Shown piece by piece: positions 20,508 to 31,247 of a stretch of DNA of 64,000 nucleotides. The notes beneath the pieces were generated by a model, which did no database searches, was not told the DNA's origin, and saw only the letters and a list, made by a program, of their open reading frames with translations. Every line of letters begins with the position of its first letter. Position 1 is the first letter of the stretch. Source of the DNA: an uncultured bacterium. GTDB lineage: Bacteria > Babelota > Babeliae > Babelales > Babelaceae. The stretch is taken from positions 1,024,001 through 1,088,000 of the forward strand of contig CAWFXL010000001.1 in the NCBI GenBank assembly GCA_963819815.1, given 5' to 3'. Made by a program: the position numbers and the translations under genes.

Positions 20508-21254
20508 ATGGCACAAAAAAATAATTCCAATAAAAAAGACAAAGGTCTTGAATTAGTTTATGGGGTTCACCCTATCGTTGAGCTACTCAAAGCAAAACGG
20601 AGGACTCTTGTCACGATCTATACGACTAAGCCGGTCCCCAAAGCCTGGGCACTCATTGAACCATTGCTTACTTCAAACACACAACTTCAGTACGTTTCAC
20701 GTGATGTGCTCACTCGTTTGGTAATGACCAGTGATCATCAGTCTGTCGTGGGCCTTGCCACTCCATTTGTAAAACGAAGCAAATTCTTTGATCCTCAGAA
20801 AAGCCCTTTTCTCATTCTTCTTGATAGCATCCATGATCCACGCAATCTTGGCGCAATACTCAGGTCAGCCTACTGTACTGGAGTTACCGGTGTAATCATG
20901 TGTGGAAATAATAGCGCTCCTTTACAAGCAACCGCTCTCAAATCTTCAGCTGGCCTTGCTGAGCATCTTGAGATTTATGAGACTCCAGCGGCACTTGGTG
21001 CCATCCAAGAACTTAAGCGGGTTAACTATGCACTCTACCTTGCAACGCTTTCAGGGGAAAATGCCACCACAATTAAGTATAAAAAGCCACTCTGTTTAGT
21101 CATCGGTAATGAAGCCACGGGAATTGCTAAAAACCTGCTCTCCTATGGGACTCAGGTGAGACTCGCCCAACGAAGCTCTGATATATCCTACAATGCATCA
21201 GTAGCTGCTGGGATACTTCTCTTTCTTATGGCTGATCAGCTTAAGATCATTTAG
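20508..21254 (+). CDS. rlmB: TrmH/SpoU family RNA methyltransferase (RlmB-like)
   Basis: YGVHP, DSIHDPRNLGAILRSA, VIGNEATG, SYNASVAAG. Confidence 0.88.
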   Translation: MAQKNNSNKKDKGLELVYGVHPIVELLKAKRRTLVTIYTTKPVPKAWALIEPLLTSNTQLQYVSRDVLTRLVMTSDHQSVVGLATPFVKRSKFFDPQKSPFLILLDSIHDPRNLGAILRSAYCTGVTGVIMCGNNSAPLQATALKSSAGLAEHLEIYETPAALGAIQELKRVNYALYLATLSGENATTIKYKKPLCLVIGNEATGIAKNLLSYGTQVRLAQRSSDISYNASVAAGILLFLMADQLKII

Positions 21255-21450
21255 AATGTCTCCAGGACTCTTTCTAGGCAGTATATTCAAACTTCCTCAA
21301 CAAACAGCTATCGCTTCAATAACGCAACCATTTGTCAGACTTTCTATGCATGGCAGTAGGATCACATCGTAATAATTTTTTTTGCAATTACAGTTTTCTG
21401 TTATACTAAACAGTAAATTTTCTGGGCTCTTCCTTTAGGGATGTAAGCAG

Positions 21451-22203
21451 ATGAATATGGTACGTTTCATAGGTAACAAAAAAGTTCTCATCGCCATTGG
21501 AGGAATCAGCCTCTTTCTGGTCGGGATGCAACGCGCCTTTACTCCGCAATCACTTACCATATCATGTGATCCACGATGGACCTCAGAGTATCAGCACGCC
21601 ATTAAAAAACAGCTTGAAAATATCTCGATACGGACTATTGGTGCCTATCGCCTCCGAAATCAGCTCCAGCCTGAATTCCCCTTTATAAAAGATATCAGCA
21701 TCTCATACGAAAGTGCTTACCGAGCACAGATAAACATCATAGGCTGGATCCCCAAAGTTCTCATGCAGTCTTCTTTACCTGGCAATAAAGACTATGCGCT
21801 CTGCACAACCGGGCAGGTTCTTGAAAAGCATTATTTTTCTCAAGAGGCTCTACAGGGACTCCCTACAATGATTCTTGAAGGAGTAGATTTTGAGACAAAG
21901 CGGCTTGCTCAAGAGTTTATTGATACCGCTTTGCGGTTATCAAATAAGCACTTTGAAGTTTATACCATAGTGTGGCACTCAAAAACTGAGATTCTCCTAC
22001 ACGATAAAGAGAAAAAGATCCGTATCATTTCCGATATGAACTCCATACATGATCCGGATCGCTTTACCTACCTAGAACAGATTTATGCACAAGAAGAAAG
22101 CTATAAAAACGGCATGAAAGCAGACATACGCCTAAAAGATTCTATTGTCTGTGCTCCCATAACCAACTATACTAGAACTTATGAAGAATCAAACACTCTA
22201 TAA
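21451..22203 (+). CDS. Divergent FtsQ/DivIB-like cell division protein
   Basis: N-terminal TM, FPFIKDISI POTRA-like segment, C-terminal ADIR, overlaps the ftsA start. Confidence 0.55.
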   Translation: MNMVRFIGNKKVLIAIGGISLFLVGMQRAFTPQSLTISCDPRWTSEYQHAIKKQLENISIRTIGAYRLRNQLQPEFPFIKDISISYESAYRAQINIIGWIPKVLMQSSLPGNKDYALCTTGQVLEKHYFSQEALQGLPTMILEGVDFETKRLAQEFIDTALRLSNKHFEVYTIVWHSKTEILLHDKEKKIRIISDMNSIHDPDRFTYLEQIYAQEESYKNGMKADIRLKDSIVCAPITNYTRTYEESNTL

Positions 22204-23419
22204 CGACCTCCTCGTTGCACTTGATGTGGGCACCACAAAAATAAGCGTGCTCATTGCCCAAAAAATTGCCGATGATGGTCTCTCGATAATCGGCATCGGA
22301 GAAGCTCCTGCTTACGGAGTCTCTCGTGGTGTAGTCGTTGATATTGCTCAGGCAGTAGATTCGATTAAACTTGCTGTTAAAGAAGCAGAACTGATGGCCG
22401 GTCATAAAGTAGAAACTGCCGTGGTAGGAACTACCGGCGCTCATATTCAGTCGCTCACCTCAACGGGCATGATCCCCATTAAAAATGGTCAGATTCGCCC
22501 CCATGATATTACAGCAGTCTTAGCAGCTGCCCGTGCTATAGTACTTCCAGAAGGACAACAAATATTGCATGTACTGCCCCAGTATTATACGATCGATTCA
22601 AGCCATCGGGTAACAGATCCTGAAGGTATGTTCGGGGTACGCTTAGAAGCACAAGTGTATATCATCACCGGGGCAAGTGCCTCAACACAAAACTTAGTGC
22701 GCTGCTGCCAGACGGCTGGTGTAGCAGTTAGCGATCTCGTACTTCAACCCCTTGCCTCAGCAGATGCTGTGCTCAGTCGCGATGAGCGAGAGTTGGGAAT
22801 CGGCGTTCTTGATATTGGAGGTGGCAGTTCAGACTTTGCTATCTATCAGCAGGGAACAATTCGGCACACTAAGATATTCCCGATAGCAGGAAACTATATT
22901 ACTCATGATATTGCCCTCTGTTTGCGCACAACGCTAAAAGATGCAGAGCGCGTAAAAAGAACCTATGGTTCCACCCTACGAAAATACTTTACTGAAGATG
23001 AGCAGATAGAAGTTGAAATGGTGCATGGCGAAGAACTCACGACCGTAACTCCTGATGAAATAACCCGTATTATCGAACCTCGCGTTGCCGAGCTTCTAGC
23101 AATGGTTCAAAAAGATATTAAGACAAATCATCTAGAACATCTTATGCCAGCAGGTATTGTGTTAACAGGTGGAGGATCCCTCCTTCATGGCATACAAGAA
23201 AGTGCAGAGTTTACTTTAAAAGTTCCTGCACGTGTGGGAGTACCCCATGTTCCACCTATGTATAAAGAAGCATTAGCAAATCCCACCTATGCAACATGCT
23301 ATGGCTTACTCTTACACGCTCTTAAGAAGAGTAAGGGTAGCACCGCCTATTCCCTCTCGGGACCGGCCGTCAGTCAGATAATGAATCGCATGAAATCTTG
23401 GGTAGCAGACTTTTTTTAA
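22181..23419 (+). CDS. ftsA: Cell division protein FtsA
   Basis: ALDVGTTKI, LDIGGGSSD, GIVLTGGGSLL, C-terminal amphipathic KSWVADFF. Confidence 0.97.
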   Translation: MKNQTLYNDLLVALDVGTTKISVLIAQKIADDGLSIIGIGEAPAYGVSRGVVVDIAQAVDSIKLAVKEAELMAGHKVETAVVGTTGAHIQSLTSTGMIPIKNGQIRPHDITAVLAAARAIVLPEGQQILHVLPQYYTIDSSHRVTDPEGMFGVRLEAQVYIITGASASTQNLVRCCQTAGVAVSDLVLQPLASADAVLSRDERELGIGVLDIGGGSSDFAIYQQGTIRHTKIFPIAGNYITHDIALCLRTTLKDAERVKRTYGSTLRKYFTEDEQIEVEMVHGEELTTVTPDEITRIIEPRVAELLAMVQKDIKTNHLEHLMPAGIVLTGGGSLLHGIQESAEFTLKVPARVGVPHVPPMYKEALANPTYATCYGLLLHALKKSKGSTAYSLSGPAVSQIMNRMKSWVADFF

Positions 23420-23431
23420 GAAGGTACGAAC

Positions 23432-24643
23432 ATGATAGAATTTGAACGAGAAAGTAATAATCGCATCGCTGTAGCCCGCATTAAAGTGTTGGGTGTAGGT
23501 GGCGGTGGCAGCAATATGGTTAATAGCATGGTTGAGTCATCTGGCTACGACATGATAGATTTCATTGTCGCAAATACCGATGCCCAGGCCCTTAAAATCT
23601 CAAATGCTCCCCACAAGATCCAGCTTGGTATTAAATCAACTAAAGGACTTGGTGCCGGTGCTAACCCTGAGGTGGGTAGGCGTGCGGCAGAAGAAGACCT
23701 TGATACGATTATTAGACAGGTAAAAGATGCCGATGTCGTCTTTTTTACGGCAGGCCTTGGGGGCGGTACTGGTTCAGGAGCGTTACCTATCATTGCTCAG
23801 GCACTGAAAGAAAAAGATATTCTGAGCATAGCTGTTGTCACCAAACCATTCATGTTTGAAGGAAGGCGTCGTGCCCGCGTTGCAGAAGAGGCTCTTCATA
23901 AGCTCGAAGGTGTTGTTGATACGCTTATTGTTATTCCTAACCAAAAGCTCCTTGATGTTGTTGATCAGAAAGTTTCTCTGTTAAATGCCTTTGATCTTAT
24001 TAACAGCGTTCTCAATCAATTTATTAAATCTATTGCCGATATTATTGCAAAGCCAGGTCATATTAATGTCGACTTTGCCGACATTAAAACGATTATGAAA
24101 CAACGTGGCTACGCTGTTATCGGAACTGGCAGGGGATCGGGACCTGACCGTGCGGTGAAAGCAGCACGTGAGGCTATCGTATCTCCACTTCTTGATAATA
24201 CCAATATCAAAGGTGCCCAAGGGGTTCTTCTGAATATCTCAGGAAGCTCCAGCTTGAGTCTTCATGAAGTGGGAGCCGCTTCTCATATCATCTATGAAGA
24301 AGCACATGAAGATGCGTCAATTATCGTCGGATCGGTTATTGATGAGTCGTTGGGAGACGAAGTTATCGTAACGATTATTGCCACAGGATTTGAATCTGAT
24401 AGGTCCCTCTCAGTACAACCTGCGGTGAAGCATTCTTTTGAACAGGAATCTTCCGTCCAAGAAAAAATACCTACTCAAGAATCACCTATAGGAGCTACAC
24501 CCCTAGAATCTAAGCCTGGAGAGGGGGAGCCTGGTGAGCATAAGCTGGAATCCAAGACTGAGCCTAAGAAAGAAGAGGTCGACGTAAATGACTTTGAAAT
24601 TCCTGCAATTATGCGGCAGATGCTTAAGAAAAACCAAGAGTAA
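23432..24643 (+). CDS. ftsZ: Cell division protein FtsZ
   Basis: GVGGGGSN, GGGTGSG tubulin signature, NVDFAD, C-terminal core FEIPAIMR. Confidence 0.98.
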   Translation: MIEFERESNNRIAVARIKVLGVGGGGSNMVNSMVESSGYDMIDFIVANTDAQALKISNAPHKIQLGIKSTKGLGAGANPEVGRRAAEEDLDTIIRQVKDADVVFFTAGLGGGTGSGALPIIAQALKEKDILSIAVVTKPFMFEGRRRARVAEEALHKLEGVVDTLIVIPNQKLLDVVDQKVSLLNAFDLINSVLNQFIKSIADIIAKPGHINVDFADIKTIMKQRGYAVIGTGRGSGPDRAVKAAREAIVSPLLDNTNIKGAQGVLLNISGSSSLSLHEVGAASHIIYEEAHEDASIIVGSVIDESLGDEVIVTIIATGFESDRSLSVQPAVKHSFEQESSVQEKIPTQESPIGATPLESKPGEGEPGEHKLESKTEPKKEEVDVNDFEIPAIMRQMLKKNQE

Positions 24644-24645
24644 TC

Positions 24646-24911
24646 TTGGCTGCCTACCAATCAATTGAGAACATGCATGCAAGCTTTCAAAATATGTGCT
24701 TATCCAAAGTGGTTCAACTGCTCAAAAGTGGCGGCAGTAAAACAATAAGAAAAGAGTTTCTCTGGAGTGATAGTTTTTGTGGGCATATAAATATTTTGCC
24801 GAAATATCCAAGGAAACTAGATCTTAAAGCTGTTGAAAGCTATATAAAAAATCAGTAAAGCTTATTTGGGAGTCGGAGAAGCCCCGGCTTTTAAGCCGGG
24901 GTCCAGATCAC
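24646..24911 (+). mobile_element. IS200/IS605-family remnant (TnpA C-terminus plus right-end hairpin)
   Basis: LSKVVQLLK..SKTIRKEFLWSDSF..YIKNQ; hairpin CCCCGGCTT-TT-AAGCCGGGG (24882-24901) followed by TCAC. Confidence 0.8.
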
Positions 24912-24967
24912 TCCAAGAATTCTTTGTAAGGTCAAATTATGCACTAGTAACGCGCTTACCTATAACG

Positions 24968-25647
24968 CTATTTGGACTCAAAATACCAAAAAGGACCGTC
25001 TAAGTGCAGCGTTACATTGAGTTGCAACGCAGCTCTTTGAATAGCTGCTAAAACCGTTAGCCTGCCGGTATGATCTCTCCAGTCCGCATCATCTCCGCAC
25101 ATTGTGCCACCTTCATTTAATTTTGGATACCAATTCATTACATCATTATAAACAGATTCCTCATCGTGTGATGCATCAACATAAATGAGATCAGCCTTAA
25201 CGTTGAGACCCCTCGCAGCTTCGGTAGTATCCATTCTAACAGGAATTATCTTATGACCCATCTTCTTGTGAATTACATTTGATAAAAACTGTTGGTAGAG
25301 TGTTGGGATTCTTTTTTTAGTTCAGGATCAATAACGCTTAATAAGGCAATGTCTGTTTGTACCATCCAATTATCGACAGCATACAATTTACCGTTCTCTC
25401 TCAAAAGCTCTGCCATATATATTGTGGAATTTCCTAACCAAGAACCAAGTTCCACAATAATAAGCGGTTGATACTTCTCAATTAATCGCTTTAATTGAAG
25501 CCTGTTTTCTCCTTGAAACCAATTATGATTAAAATTATCCATTGGCAATTGCTGAATGGATGAATAGGGCTCCGGTAAAGGTAATTCAGCTACCACAATA
25601 AAACAAAAAGAAGTACACGACAGTAAAAGCTTCATTAAAAAATTCAT
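24968..25647 (-). pseudogene. Class I SAM methyltransferase (Methyltransf_24-like) split by a 1-nt frameshift in an A7 tract
   Basis: VELGSWLGNST in the 5' ORF and IYVDASH..GDD in the 3' ORF; one extra A at 25312-25318 joins them as ELKKRIPTLYQQFLSNVIHKKMGHK. Confidence 0.85.
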
Positions 25648-26079
25648 TGTTTATCCCCTCATATAAAATTAATAAATAACGATTCACTTATTTTCAAACT
25701 AACATAAAGAAAATTATTAAGTCAAGAACATTCTTCTTCTTTTTGTCGGTACGCAATAGATATGTCCTCTTTTACTTCCCTCGTCTATGAGCACGGGATT
25801 ATTTCTGGGGATTTCTGAACTTTTATGTTCCATTAATTTTGGTTTGTAAGTTCTTGGCTATAAGGTGCTTTCTCCTCAAAAAACTACCCCGTCCCTTAGT
25901 AGACAAATCAGGCCCAAGCTATCTCTTGATAGCTAAACTAATAATATGACAGAATCAAATTTAATGATCCTCAGGAAAATCAAAAGACGCAACTAAACCT
26001 TAAGTGAGATAGCGGTAGTTTTTTCGTGTTTTTTACACAAGTGAACCACAATGCCAATAATTTCGCAGTTACCTTATTT

Positions 26080-26119
26080 CATTTTTTGTAGTTATCCGGC
26101 ATTTTTTGTAGTTATTCGG
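26080..26119. repeat. Tandem 20-bp direct repeat
   Basis: CATTTTTTGTAGTTATCCGG / CATTTTTTGTAGTTATTCGG. Confidence 0.8.
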
Positions 26120-26174
26120 TGCGATCCATTATATCGCGTTATCTAAAAAAGTTCAAAGTAAGGACCATAGAAGC

Positions 26175-26345
26175 AGGGTATAGCTCCTTCCAATCGACGC
26201 AAGGGTCTTCTAGTTGAGAAAAATGCTCTAAAAAAATGAAACTCCGTTGAATTCTATATCCTGTGCCATTGCTACTCCTTTCAGGTTTCTGAAAGTTTGA
26301 CAAAGGAAGTGCATAATATCAAATTATTATAATGCGTTAGCCCTG
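26175..26345 (-). mobile_element. ISAs1-family left-end remnant
   Basis: End sequence CAGGGCTAACGCATT (26345-26331); SD AAGGAG and ATG 26269; frameshifted LEHFSQLEDPxVDxKxLYP transposase N-terminus. Confidence 0.7.
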
Positions 26346-26425
26346 ACCATAGAAGGCCCCCATAGGTTTTTTGGGCAAACTATGCTACGCTTATTCTGGT
26401 ACCAAGAAGCTATGAGGGCATTAGA

Positions 26426-29020
26426 ATGACATCGTTAGATCTGCGTAAGAAATTTTTCGAATATTTTGAACAACATAAGCACACCTATGTGCAAAGCTCC
26501 TCGTTAATACCCGCACAGGACCCTACCCTTTTATTTACCAATGCTGGTATGAATCAGTTCAAAGATCTGTTCTTAGGCAAAGAAGAACGGAGCTATAAAC
26601 GTGCCGTTTCCATCCAAAAATGCATCCGGGCAGGTGGTAAGCATAATGACCTTGAAAATGTTGGCTTCACCAAAAGGCATCTGACTTTCTTTGAAATGAT
26701 GGGCAACTTCTCTTTTGGAGACTATTTTAAGAAAGAAGCAATAGAATTTGCCTGGGAATTTCTTACTAAGGTCGTCAAGCTTGATAAGGAAAAGCTCATC
26801 GTTACGGTGCATCATAAGGATGAAGAGGCCTATGTTATCTGGAAAGATCTCATAGGAGTGCCTGCATCACGAATCTTCAAACTCGGCGATAAAGATAACT
26901 TCTGGCAAATGGGCGATACTGGTCCCTGCGGGCCATGTACTGAAATCTATGTCGATCGAGGGGTAACCTTCGGCTGTGGTTCAAAGGATTGCAACCCTGA
27001 AGATGGCTGTGAACGGTTCTTAGAAATATGGAACCTGGTATTTATGCAATACGATCGACTCCCCGATGGCACTGACAAACCACTTAAGCAAACGGGTGTC
27101 GATACCGGTATGGGTCTTGAGCGCTTATGCTCTATCGTCCAAGATAAAGACTCGGTATTTGAAATTGATCTCTTTGCACCGCTTATTAAACGGATTGAAG
27201 AGCTTACCAACATTACCTATGACACAGCAAACCCAGAGATTCAAGCAGCATTTCGAGTGTTAGCTGATCATATCCGCTCATCCTGCCTTGCTATAGCTGA
27301 TGGGGGAACCCCTTCCAATGAAGGCCGTGGGTATGTCATTAGAAAAATCATTCGCCGTGCAACGCTCTTTGCTCAAAAGCTTGGACGGGAAACGATCTTT
27401 CCTGAAATCGCTCCAGCGCTTATAGAGTTCATGAGTCCTATCTATCCTGAGCTCAAAACGCAAGAGAAGCAGATCATCTCTCTTCTTAATGCAGAAGTAG
27501 AAAAGTTCCATAAGACGTTCCTTCATGGGCAGCAGATGTTAGAAAAATACTTTGCACAGGCAGGGACAGACAAGCTAATCACCGGTATCCAAGCTTTCAA
27601 ATTGTACGATACCTATGGATTTCCTCTGGAGCTTACCAAAGTAATGGCCTTTGAAAAAGGCTTTACGGTAGACACAGAAGGCTTTGAAAAAGAGATGGAA
27701 CTCCAACGAGAAAGGTCGGGTAAAAAGGGGCTCGGAGAAGAATGTGATCTTGATGTTACCATTACCACAACCTTTACCGGCTACGAAGTGCATTACAATG
27801 CAGCAAAGGTTCTTGGGCTTATTCAAGACTTCAAAGAAGTTTCAAAGGTTTCTGCAGGTGCCCATGTCTATGTTATTACGGACGTATCACCCTTCTTTGT
27901 TGAATGTGGTGGCCAAATAAGTGACCAAGGGTGGATCCGTGTCGGAGACAAAAAAGCTCCCTTGCGCGGCCTTAAAAAATTCGGAGCTGCCATTGGGTCT
28001 TTCATTGAAACTCCCGTTGAGCTCAAAGTAGGAGATACAGTACATCTCGAGGTTGACTCCCCTACTCGTATAAATACCATGAAAAATCATACAGCAACCC
28101 ATCTGTTACAGGCTGCGCTCATTGAATTGCTTGGCAAACAGGTGAGACAATCAGGATCGGTGGTAACTCCTGACTATCTCAGATTCGATTTTACGTACCA
28201 TGAAAACCTTACCCCCGAACAGATTAAGATCGTTGAAGATCGCGTAAATGCAAAGATCCAAGAAAATATTCCTGTAGAGGTAAGCTCTATGACTCTCAAA
28301 GAAGCTACCAATAGAGGGGTCATTGCTATTTTTGGTGAGAAATATCAACCTGAAAAAGTACGCGTTGTCGATGTTCCCGGCTTCTCAGCTGAACTCTGCG
28401 GAGGTACCCATGTCCCCGCTATTGGCGATATTGGTCCTTTTAAAATTACTGAAGTGTCCGCCCTTTCGGCAGGAAACCGGCGTATCGTAGCAGTCACCGG
28501 CCCTAAGGCGGTAGAGCTCTTTCAAGATACCTTCAATGCCCTCAAAACCTTAGGAACTGAATTTAAAGTACCTATCGACCAGGTTGGACAAGCGGTTATC
28601 AAGCAAAAAGAGCAGCTTAAAACAGCCCTCGCTACGATAAGAGAGCTCAAACGAGCACATCTTACCTCCCAGATCGACACCTGGGCCACTCGCATAGAAT
28701 CTGTGGGAACACTGCCATTCCTGTATCTCTCGCTTGACGATGTTCAGGCTGATGAACTAAGGGACCTTGGTACCCTTCTTACTAAGAAGCATCCAGCTCT
28801 CTATTTCCTGCTGGCCAAAGGCCCTGAAAGATCCTCCTTCTTTATCACCCTTGCCCCCTCACTAAGTCATCTAATCGATCTTAAAAAGCTCGCAGGATGG
28901 CTCAAGGAGCAAGGAATCCAAGGGGGTGGTAGCGGAGCTACCCTTCAGGGTGGCATGCCGGCCACGGTTCCTCATCTTGAAGAGAACCTCAAGAAATGGC
29001 TTAAAAGCACCGTCAGCTAA
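26426..29020 (+). CDS. alaS: Alanine-tRNA ligase
   Basis: LLFTNAGMNQFK, GPCGPCTEI, DTGMGLERL, editing motifs HTATH and ELCGGTH. Confidence 0.98.
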   Translation: MTSLDLRKKFFEYFEQHKHTYVQSSSLIPAQDPTLLFTNAGMNQFKDLFLGKEERSYKRAVSIQKCIRAGGKHNDLENVGFTKRHLTFFEMMGNFSFGDYFKKEAIEFAWEFLTKVVKLDKEKLIVTVHHKDEEAYVIWKDLIGVPASRIFKLGDKDNFWQMGDTGPCGPCTEIYVDRGVTFGCGSKDCNPEDGCERFLEIWNLVFMQYDRLPDGTDKPLKQTGVDTGMGLERLCSIVQDKDSVFEIDLFAPLIKRIEELTNITYDTANPEIQAAFRVLADHIRSSCLAIADGGTPSNEGRGYVIRKIIRRATLFAQKLGRETIFPEIAPALIEFMSPIYPELKTQEKQIISLLNAEVEKFHKTFLHGQQMLEKYFAQAGTDKLITGIQAFKLYDTYGFPLELTKVMAFEKGFTVDTEGFEKEMELQRERSGKKGLGEECDLDVTITTTFTGYEVHYNAAKVLGLIQDFKEVSKVSAGAHVYVITDVSPFFVECGGQISDQGWIRVGDKKAPLRGLKKFGAAIGSFIETPVELKVGDTVHLEVDSPTRINTMKNHTATHLLQAALIELLGKQVRQSGSVVTPDYLRFDFTYHENLTPEQIKIVEDRVNAKIQENIPVEVSSMTLKEATNRGVIAIFGEKYQPEKVRVVDVPGFSAELCGGTHVPAIGDIGPFKITEVSALSAGNRRIVAVTGPKAVELFQDTFNALKTLGTEFKVPIDQVGQAVIKQKEQLKTALATIRELKRAHLTSQIDTWATRIESVGTLPFLYLSLDDVQADELRDLGTLLTKKHPALYFLLAKGPERSSFFITLAPSLSHLIDLKKLAGWLKEQGIQGGGSGATLQGGMPATVPHLEENLKKWLKSTVS

Positions 29021-29185
29021 CCTATTCTAATGCATTCCTTTTCTCAAGGTTCCAAACGGCGGCCTTAAAACTTGTATGAATTTTCATAAATTCTTGCGTT
29101 TTTCTATTCTATTTGTGTAGTATAAATAGGAGAAGATGCCTCTATCTGAATCAATGAGGCAATAACGTAAAAAAAGGAGCTTTGA

Positions 29186-29737
29186 ATGGATAGTATGATA
29201 TGCAAACGATTGAATTCGTTTCTCTTAATGGGATTTTTCCTCATAATCTTAGGCTCGATAGCCTTAACATCAGTTTTCTGGAGCACAATGGCGAGTGTCG
29301 TACTCTTTGGTGCATTACTCGTTGCTGCAGGTAGTGCCATGGTTTTAAATGCCTTTTGGTCAGCCGGATGGAAAGGTTTTTTTGGAGAGCTGGTTGGAGG
29401 GATACTTGCGGCAGTAGTTGGATGGTTCATCATAACAAATCCAATACTCGGTGCAGCATCGCTCACCCTGCTTCTTGCACTGTATTTTTCAGTGTCTGGG
29501 CTCTTTAAAATTGCCAGTGCGATCATCTATCATCTTGAACATTGGGGCTGGCTCCTATTTAATGGGGTAGTAAGTCTTGCACTTGGTCTCCTCATATTAG
29601 CTCAATGGCCAGTAGCTTCGCTATGGGTATTAGGCATGTTCCTGGCAATAGATTTAATGGTAAGTGGTTGGACCTCGGTCATGCTTTCACTTGCCCTACG
29701 CAAAACCTGTAAACTTGCAGGTAAAGAAACAGCATAA
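29186..29737 (+). CDS. HdeD/DUF308 family membrane protein
   Basis: About six TM helices; WGWLLFNG..QWP..SLWVLG..IDL..GW pattern. Confidence 0.88.
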   Translation: MDSMICKRLNSFLLMGFFLIILGSIALTSVFWSTMASVVLFGALLVAAGSAMVLNAFWSAGWKGFFGELVGGILAAVVGWFIITNPILGAASLTLLLALYFSVSGLFKIASAIIYHLEHWGWLLFNGVVSLALGLLILAQWPVASLWVLGMFLAIDLMVSGWTSVMLSLALRKTCKLAGKETA

Positions 29738-29755
29738 AAGATCACCAAAGCAGAC

Positions 29756-29792
29756 AAAAGAGGTAGCCCCATTGCGAGCTGCCTCTTTTTTT
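29756..29792. terminator. Bidirectional intrinsic terminator between hdeD-like gene and pth
   Basis: AAAAGAGGTAGC..GCTGCCTCTTTT with T7 tail between convergent genes. Confidence 0.75.
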
Positions 29793-29825
29793 ATAGCTAC
29801 TAGGTACTGCTTAGAATGAGATCAA

Positions 29826-30356
29826 TTAGGTATAAAGTTGCTCGATCATCTGAACTGCTTCATCGATACACGTCTCAACGAGATCGGGATTTTCAAAGCG
29901 CTCCAACACATAGTGAGGAACTTGTTCTCTTACTTCTGGACGACCTATGCCAAATCTCAGCCGGGCAAATTCTGAAGTGCCCCACCGTTCAATGAGGGAT
30001 TTAAGGCCGTTGTGGCCTCGCGCACTTCCACCCATCCTAACAGCAAGTTTTCCAAGAGGCTTCTCAAGCTCATCGTGAATGACTAAGATATCCTGCGGCC
30101 CTATCCCCTTTTTCTTTAAAAAGGAAACTACGTCGCCAGAATTATTCATATAGGTAAGGGGCTTAATCAGAAGAACCGAATGCCCTTTAATCTGTATGGT
30201 GGCAACCTGCTTATCTGAAAAAGATTGCCAATGGCCGCCAAAGACGGCGGCCACTGCATCTACAACTTTGAACCCAGCATTATGCCGAGTATCTGAATAT
30301 TTCGCGTCGGGGTTACCAAGTCCAATGAGAACTTTTGGTACCTGAATCTCAGTCAT
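29826..30356 (-). CDS. pth: Peptidyl-tRNA hydrolase, copy 1
   Basis: IGLGNP, TRHNAG, KPLTYMNNSG, HDEL, GHNGLKS; start MTEIQ matches copy 2. Confidence 0.95.
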   Translation of the reverse strand: MTEIQVPKVLIGLGNPDAKYSDTRHNAGFKVVDAVAAVFGGHWQSFSDKQVATIQIKGHSVLLIKPLTYMNNSGDVVSFLKKKGIGPQDILVIHDELEKPLGKLAVRMGGSARGHNGLKSLIERWGTSEFARLRFGIGRPEVREQVPHYVLERFENPDLVETCIDEAVQMIEQLYT

Positions 30357-30360
30357 CGTA

Positions 30361-30999
30361 TTATTTTGATGCTGGCGTCTTTTTATCTTTACGGTAGGCC
30401 GCATTTACTACAGTCACAACATCTTCGGTAATATTGAACCGTGAACCGCTTGATACGGTAGATGCAACTGAATCACGTGGAACCGCAAAATCCCAGCCTT
30501 GCGTCTTACAAACTTCATCAATCCCTGCGATAATTTTTGGAACAACGATCTGCTGAATTCTTCCCAGTTCATTGTTAGCTAATTGCTGAGCTTCATATGA
30601 TTGTATTTGAAGCTGTTTTTCTATAGGCGCAAGTTCATCTTGAGCACGTTTAGCAATTGTTTCGGGTGTGGCCATTTTACTTCTTTGAAGAGCTTCAAGT
30701 TCTTTGACCTTCGTTTGATAGTCATTTTGTAACTTGGAAATTTCTTCATTTATCGGACGCAAGGTATCTTGGAACTTGGTGTAAAGATCACGCCATTCTG
30801 CACAAACAGAAGCTTCATCTTTTAAAAGCTGTGGATCTTGTGCCAACATGCGACGGACGTCAACTATGGCAATCTTTGCTGAAACACCTGTTCTTGTCAT
30901 CTTTGTGTCCTTTGGTTTTGGAGTGTCAGCTAATACAGGTAACCCAACAAGGGAGATACCCGACATTAACACAACATACGATATGATTTTGGTTTTCAT
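30361..30999 (-). CDS. OmpH/Skp family periplasmic chaperone
   Basis: Signal peptide; KIAIVDV, long coiled coil, FNITEDVV C-terminal motif. Confidence 0.8.
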   Translation of the reverse strand: MKTKIISYVVLMSGISLVGLPVLADTPKPKDTKMTRTGVSAKIAIVDVRRMLAQDPQLLKDEASVCAEWRDLYTKFQDTLRPINEEISKLQNDYQTKVKELEALQRSKMATPETIAKRAQDELAPIEKQLQIQSYEAQQLANNELGRIQQIVVPKIIAGIDEVCKTQGWDFAVPRDSVASTVSSGSRFNITEDVVTVVNAAYRKDKKTPASK

Positions 31000-31247
31000 A
31001 GAAGATCCTTTTGTAAAGGGTAAACCTATCTGATACTATACATCAGTATACAGCAACGGCCATTTTTTAAAAGATAGACAATGAACCAATACAGTGCATC
31101 CCTAGATCAATCTCAGTTAGCATTTGTTATTGTTTGCTAAAAATATCTACGCCCATATTAGCATTAAGCGGCTGCCGTTCTTATAATTGCAAGAAAAGTA
31201 TTGTGAATTACATTTAACAAAATTGTTGGAACAATTTTGTTTTTTAC

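Noticed and set aside
26080..26119. 20-bp tandem repeat as a CRISPR or iteron array
   Set aside because: Only two adjacent units, no spacers, and no cas or rep genes
29104..29526. 140-aa minus-strand ORF
   Set aside because: Antisense shadow of the hdeD-like gene
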